Positions 39,512-49,874 of a DNA stretch of 64,000 nt are shown one piece after another (the stretch's first letter is position 1; each line of letters begins with the position of its first letter). This DNA comes from an uncultured Caulobacteraceae bacterium (GTDB taxonomy: Bacteria; Pseudomonadota; Alphaproteobacteria; Caulobacterales; Aquidulcibacteraceae): positions 11,474 to 75,473 of the forward strand of contig CAYUCW010000001.1 of NCBI GenBank assembly GCA_964443435.1. Reading direction: 5' to 3'. A program made the translations under genes and the position numbers. The notes beneath the pieces are model-generated. The model did no database searches. It saw only the letters and a list, made by a program, of their open reading frames with translations, and had not been told where the DNA came from.

Positions 39512-42500
39512 TTATCTTTGTAAATTTTTTGGTTGTGGTACGGGTTCAATCTTTACACCGCCTCGAACGGAATTAAGATTAAGTAATTGAATTTTTTCCA
39601 ATGAATTATTTTCTTTTCCATCAGATGTAACCGCAAGGGCAATAGTATTATCACCATTATGATTAATTATGCCAGGCGGAATAATAAATACTCTTTGTGG
39701 TCCAATATGTGATATGAATTGTCCCATATTCCATCCATTAATAAAGATAAGTACTCTATTCTCATTAATAGATCTTGGAACATTTATATCACCAAAACCA
39801 AGTCCTAATTGAACATCATGATCTTTTGGTAAGTCTAATTTAAAATTAGTTTTTAACCAATGAGTACCAGCAGCAATAGGTGCAGCATCAGGCTTAGTTT
39901 TTTCCCAATTCGCATCTAATTCTTTATTCACTGGTAAGTGCCATCCTTCACGTTCACCATAAAGACCACCATTATTATGTGGGCCTCTAACTAAATCGGC
40001 AATATCTTCGCCCCCTTTATTGCCTTGGATTTTCCAATCAATTGGGGTTTGGAATCTTTTTATACCATTTGAACTTAGTGAAGCCGCAACAAGGCCACGA
40101 CCTTCTTTGTGTTGATCATCAGCAAATAAGTTCCAATTATGTGAGTTGTTTCTTACCATTACCGATATTGTATGCTCACCTGGTTTTAAGTCAGGAAGCT
40201 TAATTTTGAAATTATCGGTGGTTTCAGGGAAAGGCCTTCCGGTATCATGTTCTTGTTGGCCTATGAATTTACCATCAATCCAAACTTGAATAAGGCCAGC
40301 GCCGCCGCCGCCCCAGAATAGGTCCAGATTTTGAGTAGCATTGTCAGTTACTTTAAACTTGCCGCGATACCATACATCCCCATGGTGGAAACCATAATCA
40401 GACATAGTCAATACTGGCTGTCCTCTATCAAATTGGGTTGCAATGCCCGCGCTAGAGCTTTTTAAGTCAGCTTTAAGCCATTTAGAATCATCAAAATCAG
40501 GCTTAGATTCAAGGCTATCAAAGCGGCGTTTCCAATTAAGTCCCATTAAATCTGGAAGTATAATTTTTTCAGCCCCTCTAATATCCGCTGTTTTAAAGCT
40601 TCCATCTTTTGATTTTGTGAAGGCAATAGTTTCATTATTGAATTTTACGCCTTTAATATTCTTATCAGTATAGAATTCGATATTTGTTTTATCTTTAATA
40701 TCGCCAGTTATTTCAAGAATATCATTTTTAAGAATTGCATCTCTTACAAATGCTTTTGATTTTGTAAGTATTTTGTCTTTGTTTTTAACAATTGTATAAT
40801 CTTGCCCAACTAGGTCCGTAGTAATGATTAATAATAATTCTGGTCTTCCGCCACCAGTTATTTTTACTTTATTAGTTTGCTTATGATCATAACTTAGAGT
40901 TAATATGCCATCTTTAAATTTATGCTTTGCATTACCTTCAAGAATTTCAATTTTTGGCATGCTATTATATTTAAGAGCAGTTTCGCCAGTTTCCCCCGCA
41001 CGACCATAGAATAAAGCAATATCGCGGTTTGAATGGCTAAAGTGAGTTTGAATTTCACTTGTTGAATAAACAAGATATTGTCTTTCAAACTCATAAGCGG
41101 CCAATAGTGTTTTACCATCTTGGCCATTAATGGTCATATTACCTTCAGAAGGTAAAGTAAATCTTCCGTCTTTAGTCGTAATATTAAAATTAAAGTCTTC
41201 GCGATGTGTTTTGTCGCTTTGCGCGTGATTTACAAAATAAATATGAGTTTGCTTTTCATTATTCACATTATGATAAATTTGTATATTTTCATTTGAAGCT
41301 TTTATTGGGTCACCTTTGTCCATTTTCGACAATACAGGTGTAGCGGCTTGAATAAAGTCACCTAATTGCTTCATTACAAATGCTTTATCACGCATTATAC
41401 GGGCTTCTGAAATTGGCGCACCATAATCATATGAAGTATAAACCATCGGGCCTGGTAACCAGCCCCATGAAGTTCCCCCAAACATCATATAAGCATTATG
41501 AATTGAAATTCTGTTTATAAGATTTTTACCATAAAATAATCTTGTATAACCTGCGCCTTGTCTTTTTGCGGTACATTCATAAGTACCATTTGATCCCCAA
41601 TAATCAAACCAACCTGCACCAATTTCGGCTACGAATCCCGGTGTATTAGGAGATGCCAAGCTTCCAACCCTTGGAATATTAGTCCCATAAATTCCCCAGT
41701 CAGGCGCTCTATTAGGTACACCAGTTGTACCATCAACTAAACAAGTGCCACCAGGATAGCCATCAAATGCATAAATATCAGTTGGGCCAGGGTTAGCAAA
41801 TGGGGCAGTAGAGTTTTTAGGTGTCCAATCAGGTCTTCTTGAAGCTGCATTATGGAATAAAGGGACAGTAATGCCGTCTTTTATCGCTTTTTCCCTAAGG
41901 TGGTTCATATATCTTATATTTTGAGGCTCAAGGCGACCAAGCTCATTCTCAAGTTGATAAAGGATTACATTACCTGTACCATTTGTAATTTGGTGACGCT
42001 TAATAATTGCGTTAATTTGCGTCATCCATTCATCTGAAGCTTCTTTATAATCTTTTGCGTCGGTTCTTGCTTCGGCTCTATTGCGGAACATCCATCCAGG
42101 ATAGCCACCGCCTGACAATTCGGCATTAACATATGGCCCCATACGAGCAATTACATAGAGACCTTCTTCTTTTGCCATTTCTAATGCTTTTTCAACATTT
42201 CTTATGCCGGTAAAGTCATAATGCCCAGGTTTTGCAGAATGATATCCCCAATCGAAGTAAAAGCTTACAGTATTTAAGCCCGAACGTTTCATTTTTTGTA
42301 GAATATCACGCCATAAATCAGGGGAAGGTAGGCGGAAAGGGTGCATCTCACCCGCGAAAAACATTTCGCGCTTGCCATTAATCATCAAAGAATATTTATC
42401 AAAACTTATAGTCGCTGGCGGCGCCTTAGGCTTTGTAACGGCTTCAAACTGTTTGGTGGTTTCTTTTAAAACAGTGAAGTGACGAACTGTACCAGAAACA

Positions 42501-43417
42501 CCACCTATTTCTTGTTTAGGTGTCCATGTTTTAAAATTATCAGTTGAGTCAGAATAATAATATTTTTTGTTTCTGTAATCATCAAAATAAATGCGCCAAG
42601 TTTTATCATCTAATTGAACAAGGCTTTGCCCTTCAATCCAATTACCCCAACCAGCCCAATCACCAGTTTTTTCAAAAACCCAATCGCCGTCAAGCTTGTC
42701 ACTTGTAGCTAGTTCAACGTCTTTTGTGGTTTCATTTTTGGTGAATGCATAATATTTATTATTATTTTTAACGATAAAAGTATCTATAAAATTGTTTTGT
42801 AAACCTTTTAATGGCTCAGGATTTGAAAACTTAGTATAAGAATTATCAAGTAATTCTAATTTATATGCGCCAAATGGGCCTTTAGTGCCATTTTTTGATA
42901 ATGAAACAATAATATAAGTTTTACCATTATCATCTTTAAACCATTCTGGCGCCCAAACATTTGTAAGATTATCAATAGGAAGGGTGACATCTTTTAAATG
43001 TGTCCAGTCTCTTAAGTTAGAAGACTTTGCAACACCAAATGTCTTTCCGTCCCAATTTGTTGTATAAACTATATAATAAAAGCCATCTTCGCCACGTATT
43101 AAAGACGGATCTCTTAGTAAATTTGCTGGTGGTGTATAATTTTCGGACGCAAGACTTGTATATGTTTTGCCATCATTAGATGTGAATATTGATAATGTGT
43201 TTTGCGAAGTTGCCATGAATGACGACATAATAAAAATATTGTCACTCTTGATTTCTTTTGAAACAGATGTGTAGCTAGTTTTTTCACTATCTGGAATAAT
43301 TACTTGCCCTGGTAAATCTTGAGCATTTGCAAAGCCAGCGGTTAAGCATAAGCTTAGAGCAGTACTAAATAAAAATTGAAATTTTTTCGATTTTTTAAAA
43401 TTTAGATAAGAATGCAT
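39512..43417 (-). CDS. Secreted bimodular glycosidase: GH43-like propeller + GH35 beta-galactosidase
   Basis: N-module RDPS, WAPEW, IDT, IEG; GH35 GEMHPFRLP, QLENE, AEIGAGWFD, TSYDYGAPI. Confidence 0.88.
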   Translation of the reverse strand: MHSYLNFKKSKKFQFLFSTALSLCLTAGFANAQDLPGQVIIPDSEKTSYTSVSKEIKSDNIFIMSSFMATSQNTLSIFTSNDGKTYTSLASENYTPPANLLRDPSLIRGEDGFYYIVYTTNWDGKTFGVAKSSNLRDWTHLKDVTLPIDNLTNVWAPEWFKDDNGKTYIIVSLSKNGTKGPFGAYKLELLDNSYTKFSNPEPLKGLQNNFIDTFIVKNNNKYYAFTKNETTKDVELATSDKLDGDWVFEKTGDWAGWGNWIEGQSLVQLDDKTWRIYFDDYRNKKYYYSDSTDNFKTWTPKQEIGGVSGTVRHFTVLKETTKQFEAVTKPKAPPATISFDKYSLMINGKREMFFAGEMHPFRLPSPDLWRDILQKMKRSGLNTVSFYFDWGYHSAKPGHYDFTGIRNVEKALEMAKEEGLYVIARMGPYVNAELSGGGYPGWMFRNRAEARTDAKDYKEASDEWMTQINAIIKRHQITNGTGNVILYQLENELGRLEPQNIRYMNHLREKAIKDGITVPLFHNAASRRPDWTPKNSTAPFANPGPTDIYAFDGYPGGTCLVDGTTGVPNRAPDWGIYGTNIPRVGSLASPNTPGFVAEIGAGWFDYWGSNGTYECTAKRQGAGYTRLFYGKNLINRISIHNAYMMFGGTSWGWLPGPMVYTSYDYGAPISEARIMRDKAFVMKQLGDFIQAATPVLSKMDKGDPIKASNENIQIYHNVNNEKQTHIYFVNHAQSDKTHREDFNFNITTKDGRFTLPSEGNMTINGQDGKTLLAAYEFERQYLVYSTSEIQTHFSHSNRDIALFYGRAGETGETALKYNSMPKIEILEGNAKHKFKDGILTLSYDHKQTNKVKITGGGRPELLLIITTDLVGQDYTIVKNKDKILTKSKAFVRDAILKNDILEITGDIKDKTNIEFYTDKNIKGVKFNNETIAFTKSKDGSFKTADIRGAEKIILPDLMGLNWKRRFDSLESKPDFDDSKWLKADLKSSSAGIATQFDRGQPVLTMSDYGFHHGDVWYRGKFKVTDNATQNLDLFWGGGGAGLIQVWIDGKFIGQQEHDTGRPFPETTDNFKIKLPDLKPGEHTISVMVRNNSHNWNLFADDQHKEGRGLVAASLSSNGIKRFQTPIDWKIQGNKGGEDIADLVRGPHNNGGLYGEREGWHLPVNKELDANWEKTKPDAAPIAAGTHWLKTNFKLDLPKDHDVQLGLGFGDINVPRSINENRVLIFINGWNMGQFISHIGPQRVFIIPPGIINHNGDNTIALAVTSDGKENNSLEKIQLLNLNSVRGGVKIEPVPQPKNLQR

Positions 43418-43610
43418 TAATTTTCCCTAGTAAAAAATGATTTAAAATACAAAGTGATTTTTATTTTTTATATTTTGTAATAATATTGACATTTACCATA
43501 AGATATTTCAATAAAAAAAATCGTTATTGAGCAAAAATAGCTGCATAATGCTTGCAAATGGCTTAAATGCTCAGTTTCACTAATTATTTATCAAATTCAA
43601 TCAGGTGCAT

Positions 43611-44924
43611 ATGCGGTATAATTTTAATTTATGTTTAGTGATAATGCTTGCGTCACTTGTTTCGTTTAGCGCTTGTAATACAAGCACTGATAATATTGTA
43701 TCTAAAGAAAATGTTTTAAATAATATGGATGGAAACACATTTAATTTTGATTTCGAAACTAAGTTTGTACCTAAATATAGTGATGAATTAGGCTATGGCG
43801 ATGATTCATTCTTAAACGGAAATGAGCAAGCATTTAGTGTAAAGCTGCCGGAAGGTGACTATAAAATTGAAATAAAAGTCAAAGCTTTAGAAGATACTAA
43901 AGCAACTATCTGGAGCGAAGAGAGAAGATTAATGCTTCCTGTTCTTAATCTTAAAAAGGGTAAAAATTATAATTATAGTATTTTGGCAAGCACAAGAAAT
44001 ACAAATGTCAAAATTAATAACAATAATAAATTTATTGATTCTGAAGTGAATTTACGTGGAGATGATAATAAAAGCCGAATTTGGGATGATAAATTAACAA
44101 TTTCGCTTTCGGGTGAAAATGTAAAATTCCAAAACATTAAATTCACACCAATTAATCAAAGACGCATCTTACTTGCTGGAGATTCAACGGTCACAGATCA
44201 GCCATCTTCAGATTTTGCATCTTGGGGGCAAATGCTTCCGGCATTTTTTGGAACTGAAGTAATTATTAATCATGCAAGATCTGGCGAAGCTATGCGAAGC
44301 TTTATAGCTTCAAAAAGATGGGCGAAATTATTAGAGCAAACCAGAAAAGACGATATTGTGGTTATTCAGTTTGGGCATAATGACGAAAAAGCACAATGGC
44401 CAGATTCTTATGCCGATCCCGAAATTGTCTATCCAAATCTTTTAAAACAATTATCAGATGAAGTTAAAGGTAAAGGTGCGTTTCCTGTATTAGTTACGCC
44501 TGTGGCAAGGCGTAATTTCACCAATGGCAAAATTAATAATACGCATAAGGGTTATGATGAAGCGGTAAGAAGAATTGCTAAGCAAGAAAATATTCCACTT
44601 ATTGATTTAACTTTGAAAACCACCGAAATGTATGAGGCTTTGGGGCCTCAAATTTCTCCGCAGGCTTTTGGAAATAAAGGCAAAGATGGAACTCACCATA
44701 ATGCTTATGGCGCTTATAATATTGCATGTTATGTAGCTTCTTCATTGGTTGAATTTAAAGATTTTAATTTAAAGCCTACCATGAAACTAATATGTGATAG
44801 TAAAAAGCCTTTGCCGCCTTCAGAGTTTCCGATAAAAGGAAATATATGGCCTAATATGCGTCCGCCAGAAATTATAACGCAGGGCAATGAGCCTGTTCCA
44901 GTAAATAAAACTAAAACAAATTAA
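43611..44924 (+). CDS. Rhamnogalacturonan acetylesterase (CE12, SGNH), lipoprotein
   Basis: [27 protein letters not shown]; FSAC lipobox-like. Confidence 0.88.
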   Translation: MRYNFNLCLVIMLASLVSFSACNTSTDNIVSKENVLNNMDGNTFNFDFETKFVPKYSDELGYGDDSFLNGNEQAFSVKLPEGDYKIEIKVKALEDTKATIWSEERRLMLPVLNLKKGKNYNYSILASTRNTNVKINNNNKFIDSEVNLRGDDNKSRIWDDKLTISLSGENVKFQNIKFTPINQRRILLAGDSTVTDQPSSDFASWGQMLPAFFGTEVIINHARSGEAMRSFIASKRWAKLLEQTRKDDIVVIQFGHNDEKAQWPDSYADPEIVYPNLLKQLSDEVKGKGAFPVLVTPVARRNFTNGKINNTHKGYDEAVRRIAKQENIPLIDLTLKTTEMYEALGPQISPQAFGNKGKDGTHHNAYGAYNIACYVASSLVEFKDFNLKPTMKLICDSKKPLPPSEFPIKGNIWPNMRPPEIITQGNEPVPVNKTKTN

Positions 44925-44937
44925 AAAGGGAAGTAAA

Positions 44938-45258
44938 ATGAAAACAGAAAAATATGCCTTTAAAATGCAATTAAAAGCTGGCTTTGAAGCTGAGTATAAA
45001 AAAAGACATGATGAAATCTGGCCTGAGCTTGCGGATATGCTTCGTGAAGCAGGCGTAAGCGATTATTCAATTTTCCTTGATGAAGAAACTTTGATTTTAT
45101 TTGGTGTTTTAAGGCGCACCGAAAACCATACTATGGATGCTTTGCCTGAAACCGCAATTGTCAAAAAATGGTGGGCATATATGGCGGATATTATGGATAC
45201 TAATCCTGATAATTCGCCAATTGCAAAACCATTAAAAGATGTTTTTTATCTGGAATAA
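44938..45258 (+). CDS. rhaM: L-rhamnose mutarotase
   Basis: [29 protein letters not shown]. Confidence 0.95.
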   Translation: MKTEKYAFKMQLKAGFEAEYKKRHDEIWPELADMLREAGVSDYSIFLDEETLILFGVLRRTENHTMDALPETAIVKKWWAYMADIMDTNPDNSPIAKPLKDVFYLE

Positions 45259-46068
45259 TTATTTTTTAGCTGCGAAAGGCACGATTATTAAATTTATTCC
45301 TGCATCTTCAAGCATTTTAACTGTTTCAGAATCTATTCCTGTATCTGTAATAATAACGTCAATTTCACTTAATGAGCAAACTGAAAGTGAACCTTGAGAG
45401 TGGAATTTTGATGAATCGGCAAGAACAACAATTTGTTCGGCGCGCTCAAGTAATCTTCTTTCAGATTGCACTAAAAGACCATCTGTTTGCATTAAGCCAT
45501 TCTTAGTAATGGCTTGGCAGCCAATAAAATAATGACTTGCAAAGAAATTATCGGTTACTTTATCTTCAAAAGTATTTAAAAGTATCTTTTGCTCTCTGAA
45601 TAATTCCCCGCCCGGTAAAGTAATTTTTATTTTTGATTGGTTCAAAAGGCATTGCAAAATTGGAATTGAATTTGTTAAAACTTGCAACGGCTCATTGGGA
45701 ATTAATGATGCCATTAAATAAGCAGTTGTACCGCCATCAATAATAATTGATTGTCCAGGTTTAATAAAGCTTATGGCTTTTGCCGCAATCGCATTTTTTT
45801 GCTCTGAATTTGTAATAAGGCTATCTACAAACTCTGATTGCCCTTGAAGAAAATTAGTATTGGTTTCGCTTGAGTTATAAAACCCATTTTCAAGCCTAGT
45901 TGCACCACCACGAACACGTCTTAATCTGCCAAGTTTTTGAAGCTCTGTTAGGTCGCGGCGAATTGTAGCGGGAGATCCACCAGTTTTTTCAATTAATGCT
46001 TCGACTGAAGTGACTTTATCGGATTTAATTTCATCCAAAATTATACGCCAGCGATCTTGTAAATGCAT
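45259..46068 (-). CDS. rhaR: DeoR-family regulator, probable RhaR
   Basis: SPATIRRDL, RVRGGA, IDGGTT, LADSSK; rhamnose context. Confidence 0.85.
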   Translation of the reverse strand: MHLQDRWRIILDEIKSDKVTSVEALIEKTGGSPATIRRDLTELQKLGRLRRVRGGATRLENGFYNSSETNTNFLQGQSEFVDSLITNSEQKNAIAAKAISFIKPGQSIIIDGGTTAYLMASLIPNEPLQVLTNSIPILQCLLNQSKIKITLPGGELFREQKILLNTFEDKVTDNFFASHYFIGCQAITKNGLMQTDGLLVQSERRLLERAEQIVVLADSSKFHSQGSLSVCSLSEIDVIITDTGIDSETVKMLEDAGINLIIVPFAAKK

Positions 46069-46200
46069 AAAAATTAATCCTAATCAGTCATCGAATTCTA
46101 TTAATAGCTACATTTAATATTTCAATTTTACTAAATGCGCAATAGCCGTGATTGAAAATGCTTAAAACTCTTGATGTAAAAGTCAAGTTTAAGTTTAATT

Positions 46201-47643
46201 TTATGCTACTAGTTCTGAATAAATGGCTTCATACCATGAATTTTTATAATTTCTAATTTGCTCTCTAAAGATTGGTTCTATAAGCTTACATGGCAGTGAA
46301 GCAGGGGGGAAATCGCCATAAAAACCAATCATAGCGCCACCAAGTGCAACCGCGTCAATTCCTTCGATTACGTAAGTTGGTCCATCATATAATGAAGCAA
46401 TCATTTGGCATAATAAATTATTAGAAGCTGCTTTTCCTTCTATGATAAGTGGATTTTTAGATCTTATATTATCAAGGCAAGTAATGCTCATTGCCGCCAA
46501 ATAAAGTGTGCCAACCGCCGCCCTAAGCTGCAGATCTTCGCATTTTAAGTTTCGTATCTCTGATTTAGTGTGGGAAATTGGACCGCCCATGTCGACGAAA
46601 CTAGGAATCGCCAAAGTTTTATCTCTTATAACTTCTAAAATATGGTCAATTTTAATTTGTATGTCAGGGTGACCATTTGTAATAAGGCTAAAAGCTCTAC
46701 CGCCCATAAATCTTGAGCTTGGAACTGGTCTTGCAAAAATATCGTAATTTACAAGTGTGTCATTAATCGATTTTAATTGATCATACTGCCTTTCTTGTGC
46801 CATGGCGATGAACCATGTACCAGTTGAAAGAACCGACGCTCTAGAGCTTCCAATGTTATTTGGTGGCGATAATATAACCGCGCTTAAAGCCGCATTTGAA
46901 TCGTGAAGCCCAGTACAAACATTTATTTCATTTTCAATATTATAAGTTTGTTTTAAAGACGGCTTTAAATAACCAATTTTTTCCCATGCTTTTTTGAATT
47001 TAGGAAATTTCAAATCCCATCCTTGCGCATATACCATACTTGAAAAATCATTTTCATTTGGCGACCATAAATCAGTATGGCAACCAAATGAAGTAACCTC
47101 AGATGCGTAGCGACCTGTAAGCAACCATGTGAAATATTGTGGTAAGTTTAATATAGCTTTAGTGCGTGAAAATAGGGTTTCATCGAGTGAAAATTGCCAA
47201 AAAATCTGTAATCCCAAATTTAAGCCTTTAGGTAAGCTTGGCGAATATGTTTCCTGATATTGCGGTCTTATTTTACGGTATTCATTTTTAATTTCAAACG
47301 GTATTTCGCTATCATAATCTTGAATTGGTAATAATAAATCATCTTTGAAGCCAATGAATGCACAAGTTGCGCCATGCGCGATTGGGATAATTCTATCAAT
47401 ATGATATTTTGTAGAAAATTTCGCAAGTTCTTTAAGGAACCAATCTAAGATACTATCAATATCAATAATATTATATAATTTAGCTTGATGAGTGGGTCTT
47501 AAAAAGGTTTTCTTTTCATGTACCATGCCCATTGTATCAATGACACTGATTTTTGTATGCGTTCTTCCCATATCAATAACAACACACATTGGTTCATGTG
47601 GGCTACCAATTTTGTTTCTATTTATCTTTGACTTAAAAGGCAT
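46201..47643 (-). CDS. rhaK: FGGY-family sugar kinase, Rhizobium RhaK-like
   Basis: IDMGRTHTK, HGAT, LGLQIFWQ, GCHTDLW, GLHDSNAAL, STGTW. Confidence 0.75.
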   Translation of the reverse strand: MPFKSKINRNKIGSPHEPMCVVIDMGRTHTKISVIDTMGMVHEKKTFLRPTHQAKLYNIIDIDSILDWFLKELAKFSTKYHIDRIIPIAHGATCAFIGFKDDLLLPIQDYDSEIPFEIKNEYRKIRPQYQETYSPSLPKGLNLGLQIFWQFSLDETLFSRTKAILNLPQYFTWLLTGRYASEVTSFGCHTDLWSPNENDFSSMVYAQGWDLKFPKFKKAWEKIGYLKPSLKQTYNIENEINVCTGLHDSNAALSAVILSPPNNIGSSRASVLSTGTWFIAMAQERQYDQLKSINDTLVNYDIFARPVPSSRFMGGRAFSLITNGHPDIQIKIDHILEVIRDKTLAIPSFVDMGGPISHTKSEIRNLKCEDLQLRAAVGTLYLAAMSITCLDNIRSKNPLIIEGKAASNNLLCQMIASLYDGPTYVIEGIDAVALGGAMIGFYGDFPPASLPCKLIEPIFREQIRNYKNSWYEAIYSELVA

Positions 47644-47768
47644 TGCGCGTACTGTTGAAAATCCCTATATTATATATATATTGAAAAAAATAAAATTGCT
47701 ATATATAATATGTAATACATAACATATAAAGCAAAATAATAAAAGTTACAAATCGTTAGGATAACTTA

Positions 47769-49025
47769 GTGAGCTTAGTCTATAATACCCATGATATACA
47801 AAGCTTTAATAATGAGGTTTCGCAAACTCATTCTCGTGATTTTGCCTATGTGAAAGCTAAGCTTGAAGCCAATAATTTGTATATTGACGAAATTTTCAAA
47901 AAGCTTGATGAATTTGATCTTGAAATTCCTTCATGGGGATTAAGTATTGGTGGTACAAGGTTTGCACGCTTTGCTGAAAAATATGAGCCTAAGAATATTC
48001 AAGAAAAGCTTGAAGATTATGCGGTTTTAAAATCTATAAGCGGATTTACTAAGAAAATTTCCTTGCATTTTCCTTGGGATTTTTGTGATGATTACACAAA
48101 ATTAAAATCCTTTGCCGATGAAAATGATTTTGGATTTGGCGCGATTAATTCAAATAGTTTCCAAGACCAAAAAAATCAAAAATTATCTTATAAATATGGC
48201 TCTCTTACTAATGCAGATCCTGAGATTAGGACCCAAGCTATAAATCATAATATTGATTGTATAAAAATTGGTGAGATTTTGGGCGCAAATATGCTTAGCG
48301 TATGGATTGGCGACGGCAGTAATTTCCCTGGACAGATAGATTATAATCAAACTTTAAATCGCTATATTGAAAGTATGAAAGAAATTTATGCGGTACTTCC
48401 AAAAGGCTGGAACTTATTACTTGAGCATAAATTTTATGAACCTGCTTTTTACTCAACCGTTATAAATGATTGGGGTACAAGTTTAATGTGCGCCAATTTA
48501 ATCGGTGAAAAAGCGCTTTGTTTGCTTGATTTAGGCCATCACGCGCCAAATACAAATATTGAACAAATTGCTTCGCGTTTAGGTTCGGCTAAAAAATTAG
48601 GTGGTGTTCATTTCAACGATTCAAAATATGGTGATGATGATTTAGATGCCGGAAGTATAAATCCTTATCAATTATTCTTGCTGTTTCATCAATTTAGAGA
48701 AATTGAAATTTTCTGGCCTGAATTTAATCCGACAATGTTAATTGATCAATCGCATAATATAACAGATCCTATGGAAAGTCTGATTGCTTCAATTGATGCC
48801 ATTATTGCGTCATATATAAAATCATTACTTATCGATACAGATTTGCTTCATGAGCATCAAAATAAAAATGATGTGATTATGGCAAGGCGTATTCTGGAGA
48901 ATGCATATGAAACTGATGTTAAGCCAATTATTGCCGAATATAGACTTTCTAAAAACAAGCCAATTGACCCAATAGCATTTTTAAGAAAAATTGATTATCG
49001 CGCAAAGCATTGTGCATCACGTTAA
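47769..49025 (+). CDS. rhaI: L-rhamnose isomerase (Pseudomonas stutzeri / Rhizobium RhaI type)
   Basis: PSWG..GGTRFARF, EHKFYEPAFY, DLGHH, HFNDSKYGDDDL, DQSHN. Confidence 0.9.
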   Translation: MSLVYNTHDIQSFNNEVSQTHSRDFAYVKAKLEANNLYIDEIFKKLDEFDLEIPSWGLSIGGTRFARFAEKYEPKNIQEKLEDYAVLKSISGFTKKISLHFPWDFCDDYTKLKSFADENDFGFGAINSNSFQDQKNQKLSYKYGSLTNADPEIRTQAINHNIDCIKIGEILGANMLSVWIGDGSNFPGQIDYNQTLNRYIESMKEIYAVLPKGWNLLLEHKFYEPAFYSTVINDWGTSLMCANLIGEKALCLLDLGHHAPNTNIEQIASRLGSAKKLGGVHFNDSKYGDDDLDAGSINPYQLFLLFHQFREIEIFWPEFNPTMLIDQSHNITDPMESLIASIDAIIASYIKSLLIDTDLLHEHQNKNDVIMARRILENAYETDVKPIIAEYRLSKNKPIDPIAFLRKIDYRAKHCASR

Positions 49026-49029
49026 TAAT

Positions 49030-49791
49030 ATGTCTTTAAGCCGAAGAAATATTTGTACTAGCTTTGTTTCATTTGCGGCCATATATCCGAATTTTTCAAA
49101 TGCCTTTGCATTTAATAAGAAAACTGAATTGGGTTTAGGTAAAATAATCTATGAAAATAAGCTTGAAAGCCAAAAAGATATAGCGAATTTCAAACTTGAA
49201 GGCCAAGCCAAAATAAGCTTTATAAACAATAGACTACGTCTTGAAAATGCCTTGAGTTCTGAACTTGGTCAAAAATCAAACTTTGTATTTTGGTGCGATA
49301 AAATATTCCCAGATAATATAGAAATTTCTTGGGATTTTTACCCAATTAAAGAGCCAGGTTTATGTGTTGCTTTTTTTGCCGCAAATGGCATTGGGCAAGA
49401 TCTATTTTCAAAAAACCTAAAACCAAGAAATGGTGAATATGAGCAATATGTAAATTCAGACATCTCAGCACTTCAAGTTTCATATTTTAGAAGGCGTTGG
49501 GAAGATGAAAGGGCGTTTCATCTTGTAAACTTGCGTTCTGCCCCAGGTTTTAGGCTTTTGTCACAAGGCGCGGATCCAATTCCAGATGTTGAAGATGCAA
49601 AGCCGCCCTATAAAATAAAAATCAGAAAATTTAAAAATCTTACGCAATTTTTTATAAATGATTTATTGATACTGGAGCATTTAGAAAAAAATACGAAAAC
49701 CCCAAGTTCAGGCTATTTAGGGTTTAGGCAAATGGCGCCATTAATTGCAGAATATAGCAATTTAAAAGTCCAAGAATTAATAAAATTATAG
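49030..49791 (+). CDS. YesU/DUF1961-family protein with twin-arginine signal
   Basis: SRRNIC signal; EPGLCVAFFAA, SYFRR, GFRQMAPL. Confidence 0.75.
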   Translation: MSLSRRNICTSFVSFAAIYPNFSNAFAFNKKTELGLGKIIYENKLESQKDIANFKLEGQAKISFINNRLRLENALSSELGQKSNFVFWCDKIFPDNIEISWDFYPIKEPGLCVAFFAANGIGQDLFSKNLKPRNGEYEQYVNSDISALQVSYFRRRWEDERAFHLVNLRSAPGFRLLSQGADPIPDVEDAKPPYKIKIRKFKNLTQFFINDLLILEHLEKNTKTPSSGYLGFRQMAPLIAEYSNLKVQELIKL

Positions 49792-49874
49792 GCAGTTTTT
49801 TAATTTACAAATATGCACCTTTGTGATTATTATTGATTATATTTGAAAATATAAAAATAAGACAAGGGTAAATA

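Noticed and set aside
47644-47768. TATA-rich tract between rhaK and rhaI as an origin or special element
   Set aside because: Consistent with an AT-rich divergent promoter; no DnaA boxes or iterons seen.
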